Below are positions 1 through 8,700 of a DNA stretch of 63,348 bases, one piece after another. Source of the DNA: Verrucomicrobiota bacterium (lineage in GTDB: Bacteria; Verrucomicrobiota; Verrucomicrobiia; Limisphaerales; UBA9464); NCBI GenBank assembly GCA_008933025.1, contig WBXI01000002.1, positions 1 through 63,348 of the forward strand, given 5' to 3'. Position numbers and translations under genes: made by a program. The stretch's first letter is position 1. Each line of letters begins with the position of its first letter. The notes beneath the pieces were generated by a model that was not told the DNA's origin, made no database searches, and saw only the letters and a program-made list of their open reading frames with translations.

Positions 1-962
1 CAGAACGAAATCGCCCGGGCCTGGAACAACTGCTTGAACAGGATCCGGTTCATCCCGTGCTCCCCGGTGGCCACGCCGATGCCGAGCGGCTCCAGCGCGC
101 GAGCGATCGCCGCGTGTCCCAGGATGTCGTCGGGCGAGGTCGGCTCCTCGATCCACCATGGTTTGAAGCGGGCCAACTCGCGCATCCATGCGATCGCCTG
201 GGGCACGTCCCAAACCTGGTTCGCATCCACCATCAGTTTCCGCTCCCAACCGATTTCCTCGCGGATCACCGCCAAGCGGCGCAGATCGTCCTGCAGATCG
301 CGGCCCACCTTGACCTTGATGTGATTCCAGCCTTCGGCGACGGCCTCCCGGCTGAGGCGGCGGATCTTGTCGTCGGGATACCCGAGCCAACCGGCGCTCG
401 TGGTGTACGCGGGATAGCCGTCCCGGGCGATTTCCGCGACCCGCGCGGCTTTGCCCGGTTCGACGCGTCGCAGCATCTCCAGGGCCTCGTCGGGGGTGAT
501 TGCGTCGGTCAGGTACCGGAAATCGACGCAGCGAACGAACTGTTCGGGCGTGAAGCCGGCGACCAACCTCCACAATGGGAGCCCCGCCGACCGCGCGTGA
601 AGATCCCACAGGGCATTGACGATCGCGGCCAATCCGAGGTGGATCGCGCCCTTGTCCGGACCGATCCACCGCAGCTGGGAGTCAGATGTGAGGCTATGCC
701 AGAACGCCCCCGGGTTGTCCGCGAACTCCGCGAGTGTCCGCCCGACCACCAGGTGTTCGTGGGCCCGGATCGCGGCGCACACGACGTCGTTGCCTCGGCC
801 GATGGTGAACGCCGACCCGTGGCCTTCCTTGCCATCGTCGGTCCGCAGGACGACATACGCCGAGGAATAGTCCGGATCCGGGTTCATGGCGTCGGAGCCA
901 TCGAGGGCGCGGGACGTGGGAAAGCGGATATCGCGGACGTCGAGGCGGATGATGCGGGACAT
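1..962 (-). CDS. fucD: L-fuconate dehydratase (enolase superfamily); C-terminus cut by window edge
   Basis: Absent from the ORF track because no stop lies in the window. Manual reverse translation from ATG (962-960) gives MSRIIRLDVRDIRFPTSRALDGSDAMNPDPDYSSAYVVLRT... Later segments WNHIKVKVG, KLMVDANQVW and WWIEEPTSPDD are the KxK/D/E catalytic motifs of mandelate-racemase/muconate-lactonizing enzymes. The N-terminus matches the FucD subgroup from memory. Confidence 0.8.
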   Translation of the reverse strand, partial: MSRIIRLDVRDIRFPTSRALDGSDAMNPDPDYSSAYVVLRTDDGKEGHGSAFTIGRGNDVVCAAIRAHEHLVVGRTLAEFADNPGAFWHSLTSDSQLRWIGPDKGAIHLGLAAIVNALWDLHARSAGLPLWRLVAGFTPEQFVRCVDFRYLTDAITPDEALEMLRRVEPGKAARVAEIARDGYPAYTTSAGWLGYPDDKIRRLSREAVAEGWNHIKVKVGRDLQDDLRRLAVIREEIGWERKLMVDANQVWDVPQAIAWMRELARFKPWWIEEPTSPDDILGHAAIARALEPLGIGVATGEHGMNRILFKQLFQARAISF

Positions 963-1047
963 AGCGCGGGGGCAGCAGACGACGGAAGCCGGTGCCCGTG
1001 CAAGCGCGGGCTTGGCGAACGGCGTTCCGCGAGGCATTGATGGGTCC

Positions 1048-1728
1048 ATGAACCCGCGGCTCAATTCCCTTCCTGCCGTCCTGGCCCTCGCGGCGGCGCT
1101 CGGACTGGCACTGGAATCCCGTGCCGCCGGCCCCAGGACCACGGGCGATCTGGCCCAACGGGGTGCCCGGTTGTACGCCGACTGCGCCAAATGCCACGGC
1201 GAGCAGGCCGAGGGTGTCGAACCCAACCAGGCCCCGCGACTCGCCGGACGCGAGGAATCGTATCTGCGGCGCCAATTGAAGAAGTTCCGCGATCTCCAGC
1301 GCGGATACACCGAACCCAAGGACAACCACCTCCCGGCCGAGGACCGCACCCGGTTCATGCACCCGGTGGCGAGCGGCGTCTCGAAGGCGGATACCGACGC
1401 GTTGGTCACCCACATCCGCACCCGCCAACCCAGCCCCGTCGCCCAGCATCCCGTCGGCGATGCCGAAAAAGGCCGGAAGCTTTTCGCGAATTGCCTGCCA
1501 TGCCACGGCGTGTCGGCGGAAGGCAGCAAACGCAAGGACGCCCCGGCACTGCGCGACCAACACGGTTGGTACCTTTTCAGCCAGATCCGGGACTTCCGCA
1601 TGGGATGGCGCGGCACCGATCCCCGCGATGTCCACGGGCGCCTGATGCGGGAAAACACGGACATCGACGACGACGGCATCCACTCCCTGGCGGCCTACAT
1701 CACCGGGCTCTCCCAACCGAGGAAATGA
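1048..1728 (+). CDS. secreted dihaem c-type cytochrome (c4-like)
   Basis: In-frame ATG 1048 inside ORF 886..1728 gives the signal peptide MNPRLNSLPAVLALAAALGLALESRAAG. Two CxxCH motifs (CAKCH, CLPCH) each sit in a ~100-aa class-I cytochrome c repeat. Confidence 0.85.
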   Translation: MNPRLNSLPAVLALAAALGLALESRAAGPRTTGDLAQRGARLYADCAKCHGEQAEGVEPNQAPRLAGREESYLRRQLKKFRDLQRGYTEPKDNHLPAEDRTRFMHPVASGVSKADTDALVTHIRTRQPSPVAQHPVGDAEKGRKLFANCLPCHGVSAEGSKRKDAPALRDQHGWYLFSQIRDFRMGWRGTDPRDVHGRLMRENTDIDDDGIHSLAAYITGLSQPRK

Positions 1729-2771
1729 AGGTCGGGTACGCGCGCATGCGTTCGTTTGCCCTCGCGGGGATCCTGGCCCTGGCGACCACGGGTTGCGCGG
1801 GGCCAAAGGTTTCGCCGCGGCGGCCGGCCATCCTCGGGGCAATGCAATCCGTGATGGGACCGCTGGGCGACATTGCCGCGCGGCGTTGCCCCCTGGATGT
1901 CCGGGTGGAATCGGAGACCGACTGCGGGGACTTCCTGCGACGCGACCTTACCTATGCCAGCGAGCCGGGCGGGAGGGTCCCCGCCTACCTGTTGGTGCCG
2001 AAATGCGCGATGGCACCGACGGCTCCCAAAGCCCCGGCCGTTCTGGCTCTGCACCAAACCCACGCTGCCGGGCGCAAGGTCGTGGTGGGTCTGGGAAATT
2101 CCCCGGACGACGAATACGGAGTGGAGTTGGTCCGGCGCGGCTACGTCGTGCTGGCCCCGGCATATCCCCTGTGGGCGGACTACGCGCCGTCCCTCGCGGA
2201 CGTGGGCCAGGAAAGTGGCACCATGAAAGCCATCTGGGACAACATCCGCGGACTCGACTTGCTGGCCTCCCTGCCCTTCGTGCGCACGAACGGTTTCGGC
2301 GTCATCGGGCATTCGTTGGGTGGCCACAACGGCCTTTTCACCGCCGCGTTCGATCTCCGGATCAAGGTGGCGGTGTCGAGTTGCGGGTTCGATGCGTTCC
2401 GAGACTATTACGACGGGAACCCCGACGTCTGGCAGAAAGAACGCGGCTGGTGCCAAACGCGCTACATGCCGCGGCTCGCCGGGTACCGCGGGCGTCTCGG
2501 GGAACTCCCGTTCGATTTCCACGACGTGCTCGAGGCCATCGCCCCGCGATCGGTCTTCGTCAGCGCGCCCTTGGGCGACTCGAATTTCCGGTGGAAGAGC
2601 GTGGACCGCGAGATCGAAGCGGCGCGGCCGGCATTCCGCACGCTGGGCGCCCCCGACGGGATCCAGGTGCGGCATCCCGACGGCCCGCACCGCTTTCCAC
2701 CCGAACAGCGACGCGAGGCCTACGAGATCCTCGATCGCGCGCTCCGGGTTGCGGTACGGCCCCGGAATTAG
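1725..2771 (+). CDS. alpha/beta-hydrolase lipoprotein (dienelactone-hydrolase / acetyl-esterase-like)
   Basis: ATG 1725 overlaps the cytochrome stop (ATGA, 1725-1728). MKVGYARMRSFALAGILALATTGCAGP is a signal peptide with a lipobox-like TTGC. Nucleophile elbow GHSLGG and a late His (HPDGPHRF) are present. The first 178 codons of ORF 1191..2771 are out-of-frame overlap with the cytochrome gene. Alternative ATG at 1746. Confidence 0.8.
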   Translation: MKVGYARMRSFALAGILALATTGCAGPKVSPRRPAILGAMQSVMGPLGDIAARRCPLDVRVESETDCGDFLRRDLTYASEPGGRVPAYLLVPKCAMAPTAPKAPAVLALHQTHAAGRKVVVGLGNSPDDEYGVELVRRGYVVLAPAYPLWADYAPSLADVGQESGTMKAIWDNIRGLDLLASLPFVRTNGFGVIGHSLGGHNGLFTAAFDLRIKVAVSSCGFDAFRDYYDGNPDVWQKERGWCQTRYMPRLAGYRGRLGELPFDFHDVLEAIAPRSVFVSAPLGDSNFRWKSVDREIEAARPAFRTLGAPDGIQVRHPDGPHRFPPEQRREAYEILDRALRVAVRPRN

Positions 2772-2962
2772 ATCGCGGGACGACTGGCGGCCCGTCCAAC
2801 AACCGCCGGACCCGGGGGAACCGGCGTGCCACCCCCGCGACATTTCGGGCCGGACGCAACCACGGGCCCCAAGCGGCCCCGAACGCCCCTGGGGACGGGC
2901 TCCCGGCCGGTCAACAACGGGCTCGACGCCGCACGGGATTGGCCGCCTTTGTCCCGCCGGCC

Positions 2963-3769
2963 TCACCACGCCCCGCGGTGTCCGCCGTCGCCCGTATAGG
3001 TCCAATACTTCTCGTACATCCGCTCGATCCGCTTCCAGGCAACCGAACCATCGAGAAACGCCACGTTGCCGCCCACGGAACCGGCCTGGCGCGCGGTGGT
3101 CGGATTCTTGACCGGATATTGATAGACGACGCCGTTGCGCTTGATCGGCCCGGATTTGCCATGGGGAGCCGTGACCCAATTATAGCCGCCCACGCCGTTG
3201 GCGGCCCAACTGTTCATGTCGGAGAAGAGCACGAAGCGATCCGACTCCGCCAATGGATCCGCGACGACGAGCGTCGGGACATCGCCGAGTTTTGCCACGG
3301 ATTGCCAACCCGCTTCCTTGGGCATGTTCCTGCCACCGTGATAATGGTACCCGATATAATAACCGGTCCCGGTCTGAAAACGTCCCTTCGGGGTGTCCGT
3401 GATGCCCGGCAGCGTCAACGGATACACGTTCGGGCAATCGAAGACCTTGTCCCCATAGGTATTGCTGATCGAGTGGTACATCACCGAGGAGATGCTCAGG
3501 AGGAACGAATCGCCGCCGTCGCGGATACCGTTGAAAACCCTGTCCGCATTGTCCAAGGCGTAGATATGGGTCGCGATTCCCAACTGCCGCAGATTGCTGA
3601 CGCAACCGGTCCGTTTCGCCTTCTCCTTGGCGGCCGAGAGCGCCGGAAGAAGCATCCCCGCCAGGATGGCGATGATGGCGATCACCACGAGCAACTCGAT
3701 CAAGGTGAAGCCACGGCTTATCGCCGGACGATTTCCCGGGATCGCGACAGGGGATGGGATGGGTTTCAT
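2963..3769 (-). CDS. prepilin-type N-terminal cleavage/methylation domain protein (pseudopilin-like, DUF1559/H-X9-DG-like family)
   Basis: ORF 2963..3820 begins with TTG. In-frame ATG 3769 gives [44 protein letters not shown], a prepilin leader plus hydrophobic helix. C-terminal [11 protein letters not shown] resembles the DG end of the H-X9-DG motif. Confidence 0.85.
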   Translation of the reverse strand: MKPIPSPVAIPGNRPAISRGFTLIELLVVIAIIAILAGMLLPALSAAKEKAKRTGCVSNLRQLGIATHIYALDNADRVFNGIRDGGDSFLLSISSVMYHSISNTYGDKVFDCPNVYPLTLPGITDTPKGRFQTGTGYYIGYHYHGGRNMPKEAGWQSVAKLGDVPTLVVADPLAESDRFVLFSDMNSWAANGVGGYNWVTAPHGKSGPIKRNGVVYQYPVKNPTTARQAGSVGGNVAFLDGSVAWKRIERMYEKYWTYTGDGGHRGAW

Positions 3770-3873
3770 GCGGAACAGTCCGGACAACGGACGGGGAAGG
3801 GAGTGCTTCCAACGTTTCAATCCCAGGGCCGGGTGTCAAAGGGCAAACCGGTGCCATGCGGGGACGGGTCGTC

Positions 3874-4761
3874 TCAACGCAGGCGAAAGAACGCGGGACC
3901 GGAAGACGGGTCGATGGATACCGACACCGTGCCGTCGCCGGGTCCGCTCTCGAAGGCCCGCGACGAGGAATCCGTCGCCCACGGCCCCGTCGGGTTTGCC
4001 GCCGATTCCAACACCCGCACGATCCCTCCGGATTCGCCCGGCCACCGCATTTGGATCTGGTCGCCATTCCGGCGGATGGAGATCGCGGGTGGCGGCGAGG
4101 AAAGCCCGCGCGTCACGGCCACCTGTCGCAACCGCACCGAACCCGAGGCGGAGGTGGTGTCGTCGCCGAGAAAGACGAAGTCGGGCGTCTCGTACACATC
4201 GAACGTTCCCGTGAATCCGGTGTAGTCGCGCACCGGTCCCGAAAGGACGGGCTGCCCATTGGCCAGCAACCGGTACTGGTCGGCCAACAACTCCAGACCA
4301 TAGGTCACGAACCTGGCGGTGGTGTCGATGGCCACTTCCTCCGCATGGAAGAAGAGCGGCGAATCGGACTGTGCCCAGACCTTGTCTGTCCAGAATCCGA
4401 TCTCGACGCCGCGTTTGTCGTGGCCGAGCAGGATGACCGAGAACCCGGCGCGATGGGTCGAGGCGTGATTTTCCGAATCCACCCGCAGGTCGAATTCCAA
4501 CCGGACCCCGTCGGCCCGCGACAACGGCGGCGTTCCCACCCGCGTCCACCCGCCCCGGATGAGATCCAACCCGGTGGTGTCCAACCGGGCGGAACCGTCC
4601 ACGAACACTTCGGGAAGCGACGGCAGCGTGAAATAGGTCCATCCCTGCGACTGGGGAAGGGAGCCTAGGCTCGGGTCGTACCAAATCTCGGATGCGGCCA
4701 AGGCCGGGGATGCCCCGAGGACGGCGACGGTGGCAAGAGCGGCGATGCAAGAACAGTCCAC
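3874..4761 (-). CDS. secreted hypothetical protein
   Basis: GTG start at 4761. The N-terminal hydrophobic stretch ALATVAVLGASPALAASE is signal-like. I recognise no catalytic motif. The C-terminal ~65 aa (IQMRWPG...PTGPW...GPAFFRLR) resemble a recurrent C-terminal beta-sandwich module of verrucomicrobial secreted proteins (from memory, unverified). Third-position GC is coding-like. Confidence 0.65.
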   Translation of the reverse strand: MDCSCIAALATVAVLGASPALAASEIWYDPSLGSLPQSQGWTYFTLPSLPEVFVDGSARLDTTGLDLIRGGWTRVGTPPLSRADGVRLEFDLRVDSENHASTHRAGFSVILLGHDKRGVEIGFWTDKVWAQSDSPLFFHAEEVAIDTTARFVTYGLELLADQYRLLANGQPVLSGPVRDYTGFTGTFDVYETPDFVFLGDDTTSASGSVRLRQVAVTRGLSSPPPAISIRRNGDQIQMRWPGESGGIVRVLESAANPTGPWATDSSSRAFESGPGDGTVSVSIDPSSGPAFFRLR

Positions 4762-5017
4762 GGGCGAAGGCTACGAGCCATTCGACATGTTGTGAAGCGG
4801 GGCCCGTCCGACATGCGCCACCGGTTGCGTGTTGACCGTGCTGTTGCCGACCGGGGCGCCCGGAGCCAACGATGGAAGGGTTCGCCCCGGGACCCGGGAT
4901 ACGCAAAGACCGCCGCGGCGTGGGGACATCGCATCCCCATCCTGTCCGATCCGTTGCCAGTCGACTGCGGCCGGCGAGGTCCATCGCGACGGCGTGCAAG
5001 ATGCACCCTGCGCCACC

Positions 5018-5045
5018 TTGCCGCGCGCGCCCCGGCGGCTAGCCT
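5018..5045 (+). promoter_or_regulatory. sigma70-like promoter, probable leaderless start of FIST gene
   Basis: TTGCCG (5018-5023), 16 nt, TAGCCT (5040-5045), 7 nt, ATG 5053. Confidence 0.35.
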
Positions 5046-5052
5046 CGCGTCC

Positions 5053-6210
5053 ATGCGGCACCCGCATTCGATCGTTGGTCATTGGAATGGCGGATGGGAC
5101 GAATCCGGCATCCAACGCTGGTCGTCCGCCCTCCGCGCCCGACTCGACGCGCCGACCGTGTCGCTCGGGGTCCTGTTCGCCACGCCCGCCTTTGCGCCCC
5201 ACGCCACCGACCTGCTCGAGGTCATCCGGCTCCACGCCCGCGTTTCCCGGTTGGTGGGCTGCTCGACGGCGGTCGTGGTGACCGACGGCCGGGAACACGA
5301 GTCCGGCGAGGGACTTTCCCTCGGGCTCTACCACTTGCCGGGCGCGGAACTCCACGCATGCCACCTCGACGGCGAAGCAGCGATGGGATCCGCGGCGATC
5401 CCGGGGAAGCCGCGCGGTTGGTTGGTGTTTGCCGACCCGTTCCACATGGACGGCGAACAATGGCTGGGACGGTGGAATGATCTGCATCCCGGCGAACCGA
5501 TGGTCGGCGGGCTGGCGAGCGGCGACCCGGCGGTCCAGAAAACCCAGCTTTACCTCGACGGCGAGGTCCACGAAACGGGGTTGGTCGCGCTCGCGGTGGG
5601 CGGTGCGGTCAGCCTCGAGCCGGTCGTTTCCCAGGGCTGCACGCCCATCGGCGACACCTGGACCGTGACCCGGACCGATCGACATTTCATCCTGACCATC
5701 GGCAACCGCCCGGCGTATTCGGTGCTGGTGGAGACGTTCAATGGCCTGAGCCGGGAAGACCAGGCGCGCACCCAGGGCAATCTGTTCGTGGGCTTTGCCA
5801 GCAGCGAATACCGGGAGGAATTCCGGCGCGGCGATTTTCTCGTGCGTCACCTGCTCGGGGTGGATCCGGGCCAAGGAATGATCGCGGTGGGCGCGTTGCC
5901 GAGGCCCGGGCAAACCATCCAGTTCCAGCGGCGCGATGCCGCGGCAGCCAGCGAGGATCTGGCATGGATGCTGGCACGCACCCGCGAAAAGATTGCGGGG
6001 CGGGCGATCCTGGGCGGGGTGCTGGCGGTCTGTCTGGGGCGCGGGCAAGGACTGTTTGGGAGCGCGCACCACGATGCCGCGCTCATCCAGGAACAACTCG
6101 GCCCGGTGCCCGTCGCGGGCTTCTATTGCAACGGGGAGATCGGGCCGGTCGGCAATCGCAGCTTCGTGCACGGGTATACCGCGGCCCTGGCGTTGTTTGT
6201 CGGGACTTGA
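5053..6210 (+). CDS. FIST-domain sensory protein
   Basis: In-frame ATG 5053 of ORF 4792..6210. Layout is FIST_N/FIST_C-like (LVGCSTAVVVTDG, MVGGLASGD, VAGFYCNGEIGP near the C-terminus). The upstream 87 codons are Arg/Pro-rich noise. Confidence 0.7.
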   Translation: MRHPHSIVGHWNGGWDESGIQRWSSALRARLDAPTVSLGVLFATPAFAPHATDLLEVIRLHARVSRLVGCSTAVVVTDGREHESGEGLSLGLYHLPGAELHACHLDGEAAMGSAAIPGKPRGWLVFADPFHMDGEQWLGRWNDLHPGEPMVGGLASGDPAVQKTQLYLDGEVHETGLVALAVGGAVSLEPVVSQGCTPIGDTWTVTRTDRHFILTIGNRPAYSVLVETFNGLSREDQARTQGNLFVGFASSEYREEFRRGDFLVRHLLGVDPGQGMIAVGALPRPGQTIQFQRRDAAAASEDLAWMLARTREKIAGRAILGGVLAVCLGRGQGLFGSAHHDAALIQEQLGPVPVAGFYCNGEIGPVGNRSFVHGYTAALALFVGT

Positions 6211-6233
6211 GCCCGGGCCCAAGGGCGCGTTGA

Positions 6234-6860
6234 GTGTCCCGCCGCAACATGGAAACCGCCGCAACATCCCCACGCACGGAGCCCAGCCTCCGGATCGCGA
6301 CCGACATCCTGCAGCGCCTTGATTTCCCGGCGCTGTTCGGGCGGTCCGCGCCCGTCGAGGTGGAACTCGGCGCGGGCGACGGCTCGTTCCTGCTCGGCCA
6401 CGCCGCCGCCCATCCCGGCCGTGATTTCGTGGGGGTGGAGCGGTTGCTGGGCCGCCTTCGCAAGATCGACCGCAAGGGCCGGCGCCGCGGTCTGGCCAAC
6501 CTCCGCGCGCTACGACTCGAGGCCGCCTATGTCCTCGAATGGATGATCCCGGCGGCATCGTTGCACGCCTTGCACGTCTATTTTCCCGACCCGTGGCCCA
6601 AGCGCCGGCACTGGAAACGGCGTCTGGTAAACACGCGGTTCGTCGAACTCGCCGCCAAGGCGCTGGCCCCCGGCGGGACGGTCTACGTGCGGACCGACGA
6701 TCCGTCGTATTTCGAGCAAATGACCGAGGTTTTCGATGCCGGCGCCCTGTTCGAGCGCGTTGAGGAGCCCGCGGGCCTGCTCGATCTCAAGACCGATTTC
6801 GAATCGGAATTCAACGCGCGCGGGATCGCCACCCGGCACGCGGCCTGGCGCTTGCGCTGA
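6234..6860 (+). CDS. trmB: tRNA (guanine-N7)-methyltransferase
   Basis: SAM motif VELGAGDGSFL and the TrmB signature YFPDPWPKRRHWKRRL. Start is GTG at 6234; alternative ATG at 6249. Confidence 0.9.
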   Translation: MSRRNMETAATSPRTEPSLRIATDILQRLDFPALFGRSAPVEVELGAGDGSFLLGHAAAHPGRDFVGVERLLGRLRKIDRKGRRRGLANLRALRLEAAYVLEWMIPAASLHALHVYFPDPWPKRRHWKRRLVNTRFVELAAKALAPGGTVYVRTDDPSYFEQMTEVFDAGALFERVEEPAGLLDLKTDFESEFNARGIATRHAAWRLR

Positions 6861-6925
6861 ACCACAACCCGGGGTGCCCGCCGCCGGCGTTCGCTCGCCG
6901 GTGGACGAGTCCCGCTTCCTTCCCC

Positions 6926-8437
6926 ATGATTCCTTCCATGTCCGGTATCCGCCCGTCCGTTTGGTTTGCCTTGGCCGTTTACCTTCTCGGCATGGCCGGA
7001 CCCGTCGCCGCGCAATCCACCCTCACCGAAAAACAGATCCGTTTCCTCGAAAACGCCGGCCACAACCACATGGTGGGACGCTGGAACGATCTGGATACCA
7101 ACCAACTCGTCGCCCTGAGGAAGAAGGTCGATGCCTACGCGGCCGACATCCCGAAATACCATCAGGTCGGCGGGTTGATCCTGTCGGCGCGGTTTGCCGA
7201 CACCAACCGGACGCGGGTGGTTCGGTACGAGGAATTGCAGGACAGCGGGGCGTGGACGGGATTTTACCTCGCGGGGCTCGCCTACTGGTTCGCGGTCGAT
7301 CGGCGGGGCGAAACCCTCGAGCGGATCCGCACCACGCTCGACGGCGTCGACCGCCTGATCCAGGCGAGCGCGCGGCCCGGCTACCTCCCGGCGTTCGTGG
7401 GGCGCGCCGACGACCCCGCCTACCGCGACTTTTACGCCGTCCATGGCGGCGCGGATCCGAAACGCCCCGGATTCGGGAAACTCGCGTTTGCGGGCGACGG
7501 AGCGAACCGCGACCTCGTGTGGCTCGGCGGGGCCTCGAGGGACAACACCGCGGGACTGGTGATGGGACTCGCCATGGTGCACAAATTCGTGCGCGAAAAC
7601 CGGATCCGGTCGCGGGTGAGCAACGTTGTGGAAACCCTGATCGGACGTCTGGAAGCGGATCGCTGGAGGATCAACGACGGGCACGGCCACGAGACCTTCG
7701 TCACGCCGTTGCTGGGTGCGGCGATCCTGCGGCTCGGGGCCTCGGTGAACACCAACCGCCACTTCCGCGAGTACGAGGCCCGTGCCGCCGAAGTCGTCGA
7801 TTTGCCGCCGCCGGTCGCGCCGCGGTACGCGGACTTGCGGCCATCGGTGTTCTCCGCCGCGAGCCTCCTGACCCTCAATGCCCTCGAGAACTCCAAGAAG
7901 CGGGGCCTTGGCTACCAGGACAAGGTGACCCGGCTCTGGCGGGATTCCGGGAACCAGTTGAACCCTTGGCTCGCGGTCGCCTTCGTCAACGCCTTCGACC
8001 ACGCGCCCTCGGAAACCCTCGCGTTGGCGACGCTCCAGGGCGTCCTGTCGTCGTTCCCCCAACCCCCGCGGTGGGCGGGCCCCGGCGATCTCTCCGGCAC
8101 CAACGGCCTCGACCTCGTGTCCGCCAACGGAATGGTTTGGTCCAAGCATGCCCTCCCCCTCGCTTCCCAAGGCGTGCAGGCGTTCCAATGGACCCGGGCC
8201 TCCAGTTCCCTTGCCCCGGTTCCCGCCGAACTCGTGGCGCATCCCGGTCTGGACTTGTTCACGACCTATTGGATGGCCCGCGACGCCGGCATCATCCCCG
8301 ACGAAGCCGACCCCATCACGCCCACCCGGAGTGCGCTTCGGCGCCCACAGGATGCCCGCCGCACCAACGCGACGCTCGTCCTCCCCCCGTCGACACCGAT
8401 CGGTGGCAAGACCAACATCGTCATCCCCCGCAAGTGA
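6926..8437 (+). CDS. secreted hypothetical protein (503 aa)
   Basis: ATG 6926. Signal peptide MIPSMSGIRPSVWFALAVYLLGMAGPVAAQS. No recognisable catalytic motif. Composition is coding-like, and the overlapping ORFs on other frames are Arg/Pro-rich shadows. Confidence 0.7.
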   Translation: MIPSMSGIRPSVWFALAVYLLGMAGPVAAQSTLTEKQIRFLENAGHNHMVGRWNDLDTNQLVALRKKVDAYAADIPKYHQVGGLILSARFADTNRTRVVRYEELQDSGAWTGFYLAGLAYWFAVDRRGETLERIRTTLDGVDRLIQASARPGYLPAFVGRADDPAYRDFYAVHGGADPKRPGFGKLAFAGDGANRDLVWLGGASRDNTAGLVMGLAMVHKFVRENRIRSRVSNVVETLIGRLEADRWRINDGHGHETFVTPLLGAAILRLGASVNTNRHFREYEARAAEVVDLPPPVAPRYADLRPSVFSAASLLTLNALENSKKRGLGYQDKVTRLWRDSGNQLNPWLAVAFVNAFDHAPSETLALATLQGVLSSFPQPPRWAGPGDLSGTNGLDLVSANGMVWSKHALPLASQGVQAFQWTRASSSLAPVPAELVAHPGLDLFTTYWMARDAGIIPDEADPITPTRSALRRPQDARRTNATLVLPPSTPIGGKTNIVIPRK

Positions 8438-8446
8438 TCCCGCCGC

Positions 8447-8653
8447 TTATCGCGGTGAGCCTTGCCGCAGCGCACGCTGCCAGACGAGGGCCAGAACGAA
8501 CAAATCGGCGCCGACGATGCAAGCCGTCGACACCTTCCCCATCTGGGAGAAAATCCCGGTTTTGTAGAGGATTCCCAGCCCCCCGAGGATTCCCACCGTC
8601 ACCATGATCGGTACCAACGGGCGGAACGGCGCACCGGCTTCGTTTGGATTCAC
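8447..8653 (-). CDS. small two-helix membrane protein (hypothetical)
   Basis: 68 codons from GTG 8653 (or 52 from ATG 8605), with a TAA stop. Two hydrophobic helices (IMVTVGILGGLGILY; CIVGADLFVLALVW). Third positions are mostly G/C, as in real genes. It lies 47 nt downstream of comEC on the same strand. Confidence 0.45.
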   Translation of the reverse strand: MNPNEAGAPFRPLVPIMVTVGILGGLGILYKTGIFSQMGKVSTACIVGADLFVLALVWQRALRQGSPR

Positions 8654-8700
8654 CCGGGCAGGCTAGCCCGACTGCCACCGCCTCGACAAGGCGGGCGCCC

